Shown: positions 43,146 through 52,311 of the stretch, in pieces
Layout of the letters: each line of letters starts with the position of its first letter
How positions within the stretch are numbered: position 1 is the first letter of the stretch
Virus record (IMG/VR): IMGVR_UViG_3300038301_000548
Location: 1 to 64,000 of that record
Length of the DNA stretch: 64,000 bases
Direction: 5' to 3' (one strand)
Origin: a virus
The notes under the pieces: generated by a model
The model's input: the letters and a program-made list of their open reading frames with translations, nothing else
What the model was told of the DNA's origin: nothing
Databases searched by the model: none
Translations under genes and position numbers: made by a program

Positions 43146-43455
43146 TCGGCCCTCGCAGAAAGCCTATAACGTAATTTTCTAATATTACATAATATGATTT
43201 ATCGCCTACAGAGACTTCCTCGACCATGGCGCGCTGGACGATGACCTGCCTAGGTGAGTCAGAGGCTCTGAGCATCTGTATCTCAGGTGAGCAATCTTTT
43301 GCGATGTCAAGAACTGTAGCTGGAATGTATCTGTCTTCCTCCATTTCAAAATCGTCTGGCACTAATACACCAGTGTTGGTTTCATTTTTTTTAACGTGAG
43401 GTATGATCGTTAAATGGCGATTTACTGGTTTTAGGATTGGGGGAATTCTAGACAT
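43135..43455 (-). CDS. groES: Co-chaperonin GroES-like protein
   Basis: LKPVNRHLTI...GVLVP...YYVILENYVIG. Confidence 0.7.
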   Translation of the reverse strand: MSRIPPILKPVNRHLTIIPHVKKNETNTGVLVPDDFEMEEDRYIPATVLDIAKDCSPEIQMLRASDSPRQVIVQRAMVEEVSVGDKSYYVILENYVIGFLRGPNEA

Positions 43456-43720
43456 TGATGCTCCTCACTGTTCTCTTAAGTTTGTTGAAGTACTCTGTTA
43501 GTTGTTCCATGTCTGTATCTGACTTTACCAGTCTGTAAGCCTTCACTGCTAGTCTCATTTCTTCTTTAGAGAGCCAGCCATTATCATCATATGATTCTCT
43601 CAGATCTCTGCGCTGTTCCTTAAATGGCTCCATGGCGTCCTCGATGGCAGCGAATTCCCTAACATAGTTAGAAATATGCTCTTCAGTTGTTAAAAGTTTG
43701 TCGTCTTGATTGAAACTCAT
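43448..43720 (-). CDS. Small coiled-coil DNA-binding-like protein (DUF2312/GapR-like)
   Basis: YVREFAAIEDAMEPFKEQRRDLRE...AVKAYRL pattern; family call is tentative. Confidence 0.5.
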   Translation of the reverse strand: MSFNQDDKLLTTEEHISNYVREFAAIEDAMEPFKEQRRDLRESYDDNGWLSKEEMRLAVKAYRLVKSDTDMEQLTEYFNKLKRTVRSINV

Positions 43721-43752
43721 TGTTTTTTCCTTTTTTGTTGAGTTGTATTATA

Positions 43753-43781
43753 ATAATATTATATTTTATCAAATTTGTCAA
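43753..43781 (-). promoter_or_regulatory. sigma70-type promoter
   Basis: TTGACA-N17-TATTAT. Confidence 0.7.
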
Positions 43782-43786
43782 GCGTT

Positions 43787-45649
43787 TTAAACAAATTTTA
43801 TTTCGCAGGCGCCGCCGGCACAAGCAGCTTCGCTCTTAAGGTCAGTGTTGTCTTCAGCTTCTGTAACTTTAGTTAAATCGATACTGGTTAAAGAGTCCAT
43901 CATTACGTCATAAGTCTCTTTCGAGCAATCTTCAAAGGGTGCTTGGGTGTACGTCCCCCCGTCATATGGAAGCACGGATAAGCCATTGTAACTTGTCCTG
44001 TTCTCCCACATCCATTCCCCTACATCAACCCACTCCGCATCTTTGATTGAAATTGTCGCGGATATATTGTGCGTATTCTGCCCTTTACGGAATCCAGGTT
44101 TTACCCACTCATCAGTTACTAGCTTGACTCGCTTCAGCAATTGAAGCGCCGATTCAGTTCTCATAATTGAACCTTCGGGTGCCTTTTGCGGAATAGAAAT
44201 GACGGCAGTGGTGTGAGGGTTAAAATACTCGTCCTCAACCAACTCTGGGTGGTTCTCTAGCAAGTAAGAATAGATTGCCTCATTTTTGCCCACTCTAAGT
44301 CTTCTGATATAATAATCATTGTGCCAAGCGTGGATGCCAGAGCTAGTCCCTAGGGTTAAGCTAGTAGTGCCGGCCGGCTTCACGCAAGTGGTTCGTGCTG
44401 CGGGCTTGATACCGATAATCTCAGCTGTTTTTGCATTCTCTTCTTTAACGGCTCGTGCTGCCGCTTTCATGTCAAGTTGTAATACTGCGTTTGAGGCAAT
44501 GCCAGTCATCGACACACCGATTAAGGCGTCTTTCTCTGTTGTCCTTCTCCAGACGTCACGGAGATAGTGAAAATCTGTATAACTAGCCTGGAGAGTTCCA
44601 ATGAAAGCCCCAGCCCTTACTCGGTTCTCTAAATCTTCTTGGCTTTCAACATTCGATACGTTGACCTCTGTTAGATTGCAGAACTGATAAGGTCTCAGGC
44701 CGATCTCGCAGCAAGGGTTTGTTCCCCAATCCTTATCGTTCGAAAAATAAAACCCTGGTTCACCTGCTCCAGACGCCTTTACCCTATCCCAAAGATCCAT
44801 AAAGTATTCCTTGTCGATCTTATGGCGGAGTAGTACAACAGAGTTGTTCGCTCTACCTCGTTGTGGGTTCTTCTCCCACCAATCACCAGTCTTGGCGGAG
44901 ATCATCTCTTGGTCGTCAGCTGAGAATAGTGAGATCAGTGCTGCTCTGCGGATACCACCAGCTAGAACTGCATCAGCGATATAACAAATCATATCGTGAA
45001 CCTCAATAGAGGACAGTTTATCCCCATTATCCTTCTCGCTTAACATGCCCTCCAGTTTAACAAGGCACTCACGAAGAGGTTGTGGGCCTGGAGCTTTGCC
45101 GCCACTTGTAATAAGCGCGGCGCCTTTTGGCCTAATATCAGAAAAGTCGAATCTTAACTTAGAGCCACCATTGAAATAACTTCGGACGAGTGCCTTTACA
45201 GCATCAGCCCAGCCTTCGATGGAGTCATTTACTAGGAATCGACGTGTCCTCTTGGGGTTGGGTTTGGTAATCTCAGGGAGTTTCTCGACGTGGTGCGTCT
45301 GCACGCTGTAGCCAACGCCAGTTCCACCCAAAAGCAGAAACATCGCCTCGCCGAAGGAGCGCCAATCGTCTATGGGCATAAAGGCACAATTAAAGATACG
45401 ATTAGGTGCAACTTCAATTGGCTTTCCGCCGAACTGCATCGAGCGCATCGAGGGGAGCACCTTCTTATCACGAACCATCTTATAAGCTTTTCTTATCTGA
45501 AGTTCTAACTGAGGGGACCTCTTAAGGTGCATGTTCATATTTCGCGTTACTAGTTCCTCCCACGTCTCTCTTCTTTGCTCATCATCTAAATAGCGGGCAT
45601 ACTTCATGTGTACTGTAATCTCTGATAAGATCTTATTTGATAGCTCCAT
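43787..45649 (-). CDS. nrdJ: Class II (adenosylcobalamin) monomeric ribonucleotide reductase
   Basis: LPSMR, FNC, GTGVG, RRAA, TNPCCEI, FCNL, VKPAGTTS, CAGGACE. Confidence 0.93.
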   Translation of the reverse strand: MELSNKILSEITVHMKYARYLDDEQRRETWEELVTRNMNMHLKRSPQLELQIRKAYKMVRDKKVLPSMRSMQFGGKPIEVAPNRIFNCAFMPIDDWRSFGEAMFLLLGGTGVGYSVQTHHVEKLPEITKPNPKRTRRFLVNDSIEGWADAVKALVRSYFNGGSKLRFDFSDIRPKGAALITSGGKAPGPQPLRECLVKLEGMLSEKDNGDKLSSIEVHDMICYIADAVLAGGIRRAALISLFSADDQEMISAKTGDWWEKNPQRGRANNSVVLLRHKIDKEYFMDLWDRVKASGAGEPGFYFSNDKDWGTNPCCEIGLRPYQFCNLTEVNVSNVESQEDLENRVRAGAFIGTLQASYTDFHYLRDVWRRTTEKDALIGVSMTGIASNAVLQLDMKAAARAVKEENAKTAEIIGIKPAARTTCVKPAGTTSLTLGTSSGIHAWHNDYYIRRLRVGKNEAIYSYLLENHPELVEDEYFNPHTTAVISIPQKAPEGSIMRTESALQLLKRVKLVTDEWVKPGFRKGQNTHNISATISIKDAEWVDVGEWMWENRTSYNGLSVLPYDGGTYTQAPFEDCSKETYDVMMDSLTSIDLTKVTEAEDNTDLKSEAACAGGACEIKFV

Positions 45650-45650
45650 A

Positions 45651-47030
45651 TTAACTTACTCCTTTTTGTTCCTTCTTAAAACTTGCATACTTTTGCTTTA
45701 GATTATCTAGCCGCACTTTTGACGACTTCTCCATTATATCACTAATTGACTCGTTTGTTTGATTTAAAACTTTTATTTTTACATTGCTAGTATCCATAAA
45801 CAGAGGGAATATAAGGCCATCTGGGCCATTCCTGTTCTTCGCTAAAAAAATGCGACCTGTGTTAGTGTTTTTATCCTCAACTGTTCTTGAGACTGTAAAG
45901 ATAAAATCTGCGACGAAACACTTATTGAATGCTTCGGAGATGGACTCCATAGTAATAACTTCAGCGTTTAAACCTGACCTATTCGTCTGAGATGCTGTCC
46001 AAACTGGACACTCACTCTCCTGCGCTAGGCCTCGCAATTCTTCATAAATAGTTTCCAGTTGGTGTCTTTTCTCGTCTCTTCCGGAAGATTCTGGCTTTAT
46101 TAGGTCCCCATAGTCAATGATTATCATATCTGGTACAAAGTCTCTTCTTCGTAACTTATCAATATGATTCTTAATTGTCTGAATGGACGCGGATCGCGTT
46201 GGATACTCTTTTACAATTAATTTTCCTGTTAAATCTTTTATCTCATCGTAAATTTTCTCTTTAAAAATTGTTAAGTTCTTTAGCTCTACACCAGTTATGG
46301 CGGAATCATAACGACTTGCGACGATCGTGTCCGCAAGCTCTAGTGTATAGTGCAGCACATGCTTGCCCTGCTTAAGAGCTGCAGCACCCAGATGGACAAG
46401 AACCATAGACTTGCCAGCTCCAGTAGGGGCCACTACTACTCCTAACTCGCCTTTACCTAAGCCACCCTTCGCAACATCATCTATCTGCTGCCAACCGGTT
46501 GATACGGGGTTCCTAGCCTTTAGCTCAAACCTCTTCTCAAAGTCTGCGAGATACTCGTAGCCAAATGAATTATCTGATCCCAGCTTAAGGGCTCCGTCGA
46601 TAACTTTAGAAACTTCGTCAAATGAAGAGTTCTTGATGAGGTCTACTGACTTAATCAATGCTTCTTTGAGTTTTTGCTTCTTGCAAAAGTCTAGTGCTGT
46701 GTCTTTGATGTATTCCGAAGAATTAGGGATCTCACCTTTTGCCAAAACCCTGGCGTAGTATTCTCGGATTCGTACTTTAACTGATTCGGGGTATGCATCC
46801 AAACCTGTTCGTATGATCGAATGCATAATATTAGATGTGGGGTGGACTCCATACTTCTTCCTGTATTTTGCTATCTTATCAATGAAAACTCGCAGATGCT
46901 TAAGCTCTAGAAAGTTTAGATCTAGTACCTCAAACATCTGATCCGCGAATGGGCGGTCGTTCAACACCAGATGACAAAGGTCTTCTTGAAATGACTTTCC
47001 GAATTTTGAAAAACTAACTGCTTGTTCCAT
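45651..47030 (-). CDS. Replicative helicase (DnaB/gp41-like)
   Basis: APTGAGKS, IIIDYGD, ASQTNR, KNRNG. Confidence 0.93.
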   Translation of the reverse strand: MEQAVSFSKFGKSFQEDLCHLVLNDRPFADQMFEVLDLNFLELKHLRVFIDKIAKYRKKYGVHPTSNIMHSIIRTGLDAYPESVKVRIREYYARVLAKGEIPNSSEYIKDTALDFCKKQKLKEALIKSVDLIKNSSFDEVSKVIDGALKLGSDNSFGYEYLADFEKRFELKARNPVSTGWQQIDDVAKGGLGKGELGVVVAPTGAGKSMVLVHLGAAALKQGKHVLHYTLELADTIVASRYDSAITGVELKNLTIFKEKIYDEIKDLTGKLIVKEYPTRSASIQTIKNHIDKLRRRDFVPDMIIIDYGDLIKPESSGRDEKRHQLETIYEELRGLAQESECPVWTASQTNRSGLNAEVITMESISEAFNKCFVADFIFTVSRTVEDKNTNTGRIFLAKNRNGPDGLIFPLFMDTSNVKIKVLNQTNESISDIMEKSSKVRLDNLKQKYASFKKEQKGVS

Positions 47031-47071
47031 GTTATTCCTTATTTGTTACTTAGATAGTATAGCAGGCTTTC

Positions 47072-48031
47072 CTATGAAAAGGAAGTGATAATATCATTAA
47101 ATTTTTGCTCTAAATCCTGCATATTCACTGTTAGGACACCGTCTTGAAGCATCAGTTTTCTCATCTCTGTTTGGTTGTAGTGGGGGTTAAACTCTTCGAA
47201 TGTTTCATCAATCCGGTTCTTACTCTGTGGTGATAAGCAAGGCGATGAGAGCTGCATAATATTGTAGTTGTCTTCAATAAGATTTTCTGATTCCAGAACG
47301 TTGTTGTAAAGTTTAAGCTTGTTTTCCTCTTTTTCACACTCATGAATAACATCTGCTACAAAGTAATCGGTATCTTCTTTGAGGAATGAGAACCTCTTTG
47401 CCACTGTTCCAAGACCTACACGTGGGACACCAGGGAGGTTATCGCTGGGGTCTCCAGCCATTGCTCGGGCAAGTGCAAAATTCTTCGGATGAATACCAAA
47501 CTTCTCAATAACCATATTAGTGTTTAGCACTTCTTTCTGAATTGGCCTAAACAGTAGAGTCTTTTCATCCAAAAGCTGTATAAAATCCTTGTCTGCAGAA
47601 ACGATTACCTTTTGCCACTCTGAAAACATCGGCGTATTCTTGACATAAGATATAACGTCATCGGCTTCCACTTCAGGTTCCATAAACTGGACAATTGGTG
47701 TCTGGTTAAGGTATTCTACCACCCTAAGCTGCTGCCAGAGCTTGTTATTGTCTGTATCCTGTGGGGTCATCTCATCTGAGTTCCAATTAACTCTGAGTGG
47801 TTTTCTTCCTGCTTTGTAATTCTTATTCATCGATCGGCGTTTCTTCGAACCTCCTTTGCCATCCCACACTACCACAATCATGTCAGGAGAAATCTCCCTA
47901 GTGATCTTGTTCATGATGTTGATAAAGGTTCTCATGCCTCCGATGGGATTTCCATTGGGGTTTTTACTTGGGTCGACGATGTATCCCCGTAGGAACTGGT
48001 TGAATGCGTCAACAATCATTACTCTCTTCAT
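47072..48031 (-). CDS. 5'-3' exonuclease / RNase H (FEN-like)
   Basis: IVDAFN, WDGKGG, EADD, SADKDF, GDPSDNLPGV; start re-called at the ATG after GGAG. Confidence 0.93.
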   Translation of the reverse strand: MKRVMIVDAFNQFLRGYIVDPSKNPNGNPIGGMRTFINIMNKITREISPDMIVVVWDGKGGSKKRRSMNKNYKAGRKPLRVNWNSDEMTPQDTDNNKLWQQLRVVEYLNQTPIVQFMEPEVEADDVISYVKNTPMFSEWQKVIVSADKDFIQLLDEKTLLFRPIQKEVLNTNMVIEKFGIHPKNFALARAMAGDPSDNLPGVPRVGLGTVAKRFSFLKEDTDYFVADVIHECEKEENKLKLYNNVLESENLIEDNYNIMQLSSPCLSPQSKNRIDETFEEFNPHYNQTEMRKLMLQDGVLTVNMQDLEQKFNDIITSFS

Positions 48032-48043
48032 TTGTTTCTCCAT

Positions 48044-48072
48044 AAAAAAAGCCCACCGAAGAGGTGGGCTTT
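48044..48072 (-). terminator. Rho-independent terminator after recA
   Basis: AGCCCACC-TCTTC-GGTGGGCT followed by a U run. Confidence 0.85.
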
Positions 48073-48076
48073 GTGT

Positions 48077-49213
48077 TTAGCTGTCTGGCTTCGCGACCGG
48101 ATCGTCCGTATCGTAGAAGTCGTCAGCTTTGCCTTCTCTATTCTTGAACTTCATAATAACATCTTCGTCCATAATTGTCAAGACACTTTGTTTGAATTTT
48201 TCATCGCTCAATTTGTCTACCCAGTTCTTGCGCTGGAACTTTACTTCAGTGCCATCATTCTGAACCAAGGTAAACCAAGCTCCTGATTGGAGAAGTCTAT
48301 CAGAAACTTGAATGGCATCAAACCAACTTTCCTCATCTTGGACTCCGATACTATCGTCTCCCCATAGGATCTTAAAGTTACAATGACGACCAGCTGTACC
48401 AAAACGAGACTTTTCAAGCTTCGCTTTGACTTCTGAGCCTATTCTGAATCCATTGTCATCTTGCACGAAAGAAGCTTTAGCTTTTCGCCCAGTAAGCCAA
48501 ATGCGCAAAGAATAAGCATAGTGCATCGCTTTACCGCCGGGGGTTACATAAGGAGTTGTCATAGCCTCAGACGGTGAACGTGTAATATTCGTCTTTAGCT
48601 GATTGAGCACCAAAAATGTCGCTTTACTGTTGGCGATTGGTACTGTTAGTTTTGACATACCCTTAGATAAGATCCTTGGCTTCACAGCCATTGATGATTG
48701 AGGGTTAAAATCACCCTCAACATCTGACATAGAAGGAGTTAGGGCCAGAGAGTCCCAAATGAACAGCCACTTGTTCCCTGTCCCCAACAGCTCTTCAATA
48801 GTTTCCAGGACAAACTCGACTGATTCTGCTTGAACATACATAAGACGTTCAAGGTCACAGCCGGCTCTTTCTAGGAAACTTGGATCAAGGGCTGACTCAG
48901 AGTCGAAGTAAACCACGTCAATGCCCATCTTTTGAGCATTGCCGGCCACTTGTGCAGCCATGAATGATTTACCGGTTGCTTCCAAGCCTGCAATCTCTGA
49001 AATCTTACCGACTGGAATGCCAGCAAGTTTTCCCTTGCAGATAATTGAATCTAACCATCTTGAGCCGGTAGAAATCCATTCACTCACTTCAGTTGGGTTA
49101 TTGTCCTGAAGTGAATGTGCGACTTCTCTACCTGCTTTTTTGTTGATGATATTGCGGACTGCAGCAATATCCAGCGAACCCTTCTTTAGTTTTGATACTT
49201 TAGGTCTAGCCAC
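48077..49213 (-). CDS. recA: RecA/UvsX recombinase
   Basis: STGSRWLD, GLEATGKS, DSE, WDS, NQ, TPGGKA. Confidence 0.95.
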   Translation of the reverse strand: MARPKVSKLKKGSLDIAAVRNIINKKAGREVAHSLQDNNPTEVSEWISTGSRWLDSIICKGKLAGIPVGKISEIAGLEATGKSFMAAQVAGNAQKMGIDVVYFDSESALDPSFLERAGCDLERLMYVQAESVEFVLETIEELLGTGNKWLFIWDSLALTPSMSDVEGDFNPQSSMAVKPRILSKGMSKLTVPIANSKATFLVLNQLKTNITRSPSEAMTTPYVTPGGKAMHYAYSLRIWLTGRKAKASFVQDDNGFRIGSEVKAKLEKSRFGTAGRHCNFKILWGDDSIGVQDEESWFDAIQVSDRLLQSGAWFTLVQNDGTEVKFQRKNWVDKLSDEKFKQSVLTIMDEDVIMKFKNREGKADDFYDTDDPVAKPDS

Positions 49214-49223
49214 TGTTGACTCC

Positions 49224-49976
49224 TTAAGAATTCAGAAGATCGTTAAAAGCTGATTCAACAGCATTTGTAGATCCTCCAGTCGGTGTCCCATATTTCACAA
49301 CTTCAGAATTGCCAGAATCAGTTGCCATGAACTGATCGAGAATAGACTTCACTTCTTCGGTCGTCTTTCGTTCGAAGAGGTCGTCAAAACTTGGGATGGT
49401 CTCCAACAACTCTGCGCACCTTTCGTCGCCTCCGACTGCATCATCACAAAGGATTGTCTTCCGTGGTCGTGGACGAATATCTGTTCGAGGGAAAGAAGCA
49501 CCGGGCAGCTTGCCGTACATAAGCTTCAAGTCGTTACCACTCTCTGGGTCCGTGATGTCTCCATAGTCTGGATCAAGGACGATTGTCAAGAGCTTCTCAT
49601 AGGCCATCTTACCGTATCCCCAAACACGAATACCTTGATCTTCTTCTCCGCGGACAAGAACCGGTGAGAAGAAGCGTTGCTTTGCAAAGAGATCCTTTGC
49701 TTGCTTCTTACTCTCCTCTGTGCCCTCATTCCAGAGTTTGTTTGCAAAATCGCAGACAGGGCAAGCATCGCCAAAGTTTCTCTTTGGACAGAGAAAACCT
49801 GATGTGCCTACATTATAATGGAAGTACCTCTCCTTGAAGGGGTCTCCGTCTGGTGTCGAGACAATACGAACATTGTTCTCACCGTCTTCGGGTCGCCAGA
49901 ATTGATTTTTACTTCCGTCGCCCTTTCCGTTTAATTTATCTAATTTTCCACGCATTGCGTCTAAATTAAGTGCCAT
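49224..49976 (-). CDS. T4 gp32-like single-stranded DNA-binding protein
   Basis: FWRP, C..CPVC zinc site, DITDPESG; SD GGAGGT; upstream of recA. Confidence 0.85.
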   Translation of the reverse strand: MALNLDAMRGKLDKLNGKGDGSKNQFWRPEDGENNVRIVSTPDGDPFKERYFHYNVGTSGFLCPKRNFGDACPVCDFANKLWNEGTEESKKQAKDLFAKQRFFSPVLVRGEEDQGIRVWGYGKMAYEKLLTIVLDPDYGDITDPESGNDLKLMYGKLPGASFPRTDIRPRPRKTILCDDAVGGDERCAELLETIPSFDDLFERKTTEEVKSILDQFMATDSGNSEVVKYGTPTGGSTNAVESAFNDLLNS

Positions 49977-50059
49977 GTTGTATTACCTCCTATTGGTATA
50001 TTATTTTTTTTGCACGTTTGGCTATAGCAGGTCAGCGAATTTCCTGACCAACTCTATAT

Positions 50060-50088
50060 ACTATACTATATTTTGATGTTTAAGTCAA
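50060..50088 (-). promoter_or_regulatory. sigma70-type promoter of the SSB-recA operon
   Basis: TTGACT-N17-TATAGT. Confidence 0.8.
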
Positions 50089-50093
50089 GTAGA

Positions 50094-51350
50094 TTATGCA
50101 GCTTTTATCTTGCTGCTTGTAAAAGATTTTAATTGGATTGAAAGGCTCTCTATGAGAGTTTGGATTCGCAGTTTTCTGAATTTTTCTACTCCGTTCCTAT
50201 TTACCCATCTCCAGTAATAGTTGTCATCTGGGTGATTTGCTTCTGCGACCTCTGCTGTGCAGCGTTTCTTGCTCTGAGTATTTAAAATATCGCGGCCTTG
50301 TTGAGCTTTTGATTCACTAATCAATCTATTGTCATGCTTTCGGGCTTCCTCAAAAAGTGACGCGTAATTCGTGACGACTAAGTTAGAGTTAAACACCTCT
50401 CGGCATGTGTATATTGTAGCCCACATTGTCTTTTTTGGAATCTTTTTCGGACAGGCGCGTTGCTGGCGGAAACAATCCATAGCCAAATTAATAATGTCCT
50501 GTGCTGCTCGGAACGAGCGATACTGAGGGGTGGCAGACAAGCGATCCTTGTTTTCTCCCAGAAAATAAAAATTATCACAGTGATCTTTAGAAATGAAGTC
50601 TTTTTCTTCGATTTCAGGCATGAGTTCCATAAACATATGTAGAAGTGCTTCGCTGTCCTTCATCCTCTTGATGTTACTCTCTTTAAACGACTCGATCAGC
50701 GGCCAGACATCGTGATAGGTTGTTTCGGCTAGGGTTCTAATTGGGCGCGCCACAGGCGTAATGATTGCTGTGCGCCATTCTTGGTTGTTTAGACCTGCTC
50801 CATCGTTAATTGCTCGGAAAACGATAGGGCACTTAGAGTACGGCGTATGCATGTGAGTAACAACATGTACCTTATTGTGTAAAAAGTTCTGCTGAACGCC
50901 AATATCGAGATCCTTGAAGTACTTTCCCTGGCAATCATGTGATTTTCCTGATAAGTCTTTCAATACAACGTTCAAGGATATTTTACTATTAATAAACTTA
51001 AAAATAGTATCGCGCCGTTGCATGCCGTCTAAGCTTAGCCAATCAAATCCGTCTGATAAAATTCCCTCTAGAAACTTTATACCTGCTGATTCTACCAGGG
51101 CTCTAGATGCACTGAGTGCTGATCTAGTGCATGCTACAATCATTGAACTTGAGGCGCAGCCGTCTGCAACTGATTGAATGTAATTTGATTGTTTAGTTTT
51201 CGACCAGACCAAATTTCTCTGGAAATTCTTATCTACAAAGTATTTTATGTCAGAGAACTGCACAAGAAAATCCTTTATCAAGAAGTCTTGGGACGTGGTT
51301 GACATAGCTGGGCCCTGTGCGCCAGGGATAGGCGTTACATAGTTACTCAT
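50094..51350 (-). CDS. DUF262 (ParB/GmrS-like) domain protein
   Basis: FQRNLVW, LDGMQR, FRAINDG..L...E.R.A; start re-called at MSNY after GGAG. Confidence 0.8.
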   Translation of the reverse strand: MSNYVTPIPGAQGPAMSTTSQDFLIKDFLVQFSDIKYFVDKNFQRNLVWSKTKQSNYIQSVADGCASSSMIVACTRSALSASRALVESAGIKFLEGILSDGFDWLSLDGMQRRDTIFKFINSKISLNVVLKDLSGKSHDCQGKYFKDLDIGVQQNFLHNKVHVVTHMHTPYSKCPIVFRAINDGAGLNNQEWRTAIITPVARPIRTLAETTYHDVWPLIESFKESNIKRMKDSEALLHMFMELMPEIEEKDFISKDHCDNFYFLGENKDRLSATPQYRSFRAAQDIINLAMDCFRQQRACPKKIPKKTMWATIYTCREVFNSNLVVTNYASLFEEARKHDNRLISESKAQQGRDILNTQSKKRCTAEVAEANHPDDNYYWRWVNRNGVEKFRKLRIQTLIESLSIQLKSFTSSKIKAA

Positions 51351-51465
51351 AATTTCTCCTTTTTTTATCGTATAAAGCGGCACTGAAATTAGCAACTTGC
51401 TAGCACAGCACCATGAGTATGTTTAAATATTATCACTTTTTCTAGTGAACTTAAAGTTCTTTTTT

Positions 51466-52311
51466 TTAATTTAGCAGGTCTTGGATTTTTGGAGAAAAAC
51501 ACTCGACATAAATATAGTCATTTTCATATTGCGTTGGATAGATTCCGAAATAGGCCTTTGTCTCCTCCCTCATTCGATTCTTGACACTGTTGGTTAACTC
51601 CTTGAAAAAGTTTCCCTGGGTTTTCAGTTTCTCTTCGTTAATACCGAAATAGTATACCACTTCCACTTCTTGTTTGAAAGGAGAAAATAACTTGTCTTCG
51701 CAAGATATGGTGCTAACTCCCAAGGAGCGTATACGGCAAGATTCTCTAATACGTGAGAATGTCGACATAATTGGTTTAGTATTCTTGAAGACTTCGACCA
51801 TGTGATAGCTATCACAAAATACTGAATTTATCTGTTTATAGTAGTCGAAAACATTGATCGACTCCGTGAAGCCTTCCAGGGTCTTATTGCAAACCATAGT
51901 GATGTCTTCAAAGAGTCCGGACCTAGCGTATTCCTGTAAAACGCTCCGCACTGTCTTTTCCTGAAGGACTTGGTCTTCTGAGAGGAATTCTGTTTCCGGG
52001 TGAAAATAAATAATTTTTATCTTTAATCCTCTTTTATGCATCGACTCCAAGAGCTTAAGGGACAAAGCGCTACTTTTAGAGGCACCGCAAACAAAGAATG
52101 TAATTTCATCTTTGATGCTCCGGAGAAACTTAATTTTACTTAAAATATTTAAGTTTTCATATTCTTCGGCGGAATCCAGCTCAGGAACGATATAGGTATT
52201 CTTCTCTTCTCTGTCCTGATTACAGATTCTATATATTTTGTATATATTGTACTTCTCTAGTTCTGTGACTATATCGCATGCGGCATTTCCTAGGGCTAGT
52301 ATGTTTTTCAA
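51466..52311 (-). CDS. Degenerate tubulin/FtsZ-like protein
   Basis: ILALGNAACDI (T1), FFVCGASKSS in place of GGGTG, ..P.., ITMVCN; C-terminal domain. Confidence 0.6.
   Translation of the reverse strand: MKNILALGNAACDIVTELEKYNIYKIYRICNQDREEKNTYIVPELDSAEEYENLNILSKIKFLRSIKDEITFFVCGASKSSALSLKLLESMHKRGLKIKIIYFHPETEFLSEDQVLQEKTVRSVLQEYARSGLFEDITMVCNKTLEGFTESINVFDYYKQINSVFCDSYHMVEVFKNTKPIMSTFSRIRESCRIRSLGVSTISCEDKLFSPFKQEVEVVYYFGINEEKLKTQGNFFKELTNSVKNRMREETKAYFGIYPTQYENDYIYVECFSPKIQDLLN

Noticed and set aside
34979-47030. Inteins or introns in dnaE, nrdJ or the helicase
   Set aside because: Protein lengths are normal and catalytic motifs are contiguous; no splice-junction or LAGLIDADG insertions are visible.
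51466-52311. Evidence for a nucleus-forming phage
   Set aside because: No chimallin-like gene or multisubunit RNA polymerase is seen in this window, and the tubulin is degenerate.
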